Shown here: piece by piece, positions 63,586-64,000 of the stretch
How the letters are laid out: each line of letters begins with the position of its first letter
Position numbering within the stretch: the stretch's first letter is position 1
Assembly: GCA_965203805.1 (NCBI GenBank)
Contig: OZ241917.1
Span: 2,805,718-2,869,717, forward strand
Direction: 5' to 3'
Length of the DNA stretch: 64,000 nucleotides
Origin: Candidatus Latescibacterota bacterium
Lineage (GTDB): Bacteria > Latescibacterota > UBA2968 > GCA-2709665
Position numbers and translations under genes: made by a program
The notes under the pieces: generated by a model
Seen by the model: the letters and a program-made list of their open reading frames with translations, nothing else
What the model was told of the DNA's origin: nothing
Databases searched by the model: none

Positions 63586-64000
63586 ATGAAATCTGTCGAT
63601 CCCGTCGCGGTCTGGGACGTGCGCCCATGGGGCTGCCCGGCGTTCACGATCCGTGACTTCAACGGAGACGGGAAGAACGAAATCCTGTTCGTGCAAAACG
63701 CGGGCGCGCACGCCAACGAGGCGTTCGATCCCAGGTTCAAGGACGTGCAGGGGTACAAGACCGGCGTGGAAGACCAGGAGCTCTTCTGCCTGACGCTTAC
63801 GGACGGCGAGGGTCAGATTCTCTGGCAGGTTGGGGAACCCTGGGCGCTGGAGCGGCCCTTTTCCTGGAACGGGAGCAATTTCTGCGAGGTCGTGGACCTG
63901 GACGGGGACGGGCAGATCGAAATCATGATCGTCTACAAGGCGGAATTGCTGGTCTACAAGGGAGCCACCGGCGAATTGTGCAGCCGGCATGAGCTGCCCC
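63586..64000 (+). CDS. FG-GAP/VCBS-like repeat protein, 3'-truncated by the window end
   Basis: ATG 63586 is preceded by GGAGA. My translation reads MKSVDPVAVWDVRPW..IRDFNGDGKNEILFV..VVDLDGDGQIEIMIV.., and the frame is open to nt 64000. This ORF is not in the supplied track because it has no stop. Confidence 0.65.
   Translation, partial: MKSVDPVAVWDVRPWGCPAFTIRDFNGDGKNEILFVQNAGAHANEAFDPRFKDVQGYKTGVEDQELFCLTLTDGEGQILWQVGEPWALERPFSWNGSNFCEVVDLDGDGQIEIMIVYKAELLVYKGATGELCSRHELP

Noticed and set aside
1-64000. tRNA, rRNA, tmRNA, CRISPR, IS/transposase and integrase genes
   Set aside because: Inspection of all intergenic regions longer than 100 nt revealed no cloverleaf-compatible sequence or repeat-spacer array. 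No ORF carries transposase or recombinase motifs. The absence rests on inspection by eye and should be confirmed with tRNAscan-SE, Infernal and ISEScan.

Overview
64-kb window from a high-GC bacterium. Spot-counted 60-nt lines give about 65 % G+C in the flanks. Outer-membrane beta-barrel proteins indicate a diderm. GWxTD, Big_2, dockerin-like and DUF2341/LamG secreted proteins suggest an uncultivated FCB-group-like lineage, but that guess is low confidence. I call about 51 protein-coding genes and recognised no rRNA, tRNA, CRISPR array, transposase or integrase. The region 1-14.4 kb (+ strand) is a housekeeping/catabolic block: MsrB, GyrI-like, creatininase-family, BNR sialidase, two class-III aminotransferases, amidohydrolase, Gfo/Idh/MocA, CocE/NonD hydrolase and Psd. 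The region 31.8-64 kb carries a Zn-ADH, a giant internally duplicated CPBP protease, Ldh_2, a CoA-binding protein, 2-oxoacid dehydrogenase E1alpha/E1beta/E2, SDR, RidA, a 2-hydroxyacid dehydrogenase, VapBC, OMPs, a protein with six near-identical Big_2 repeats, a D-Thr-aldolase-like PLP enzyme, a TPR-GWxTD protein, a HigBA-like pair, a transglutaminase-like protein and an AAA-ATPase-like/PDDEXK_9 protein. The stand-out is a low-GC island of about 14.7 kb (about 16.8-31.5 kb; spot-counted lines 38-47 % G+C), encoded entirely on the minus strand. It holds a tightly packed eight-gene operon, in transcription order: Zn-ribbon beta-rich protein, extracytoplasmic vWA protein, membrane-anchored trypsin-like lipoprotein protease, 1143-aa tubulin/FtsZ-like GTPase, 1016-aa Zn-ribbon-Hsp70 fusion, membrane-anchored GrpE-like protein, MotA/ExbB (ZorA-like) channel with a long repeat-containing helical tail, and a MotB/ExbD (ZorB-like) subunit. 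A MazF-type TA pair follows it. I consider this the candidate undescribed system, either anti-phage/conflict or membrane remodelling. All functional calls rest on motifs read by eye from the translations. No database search was possible.
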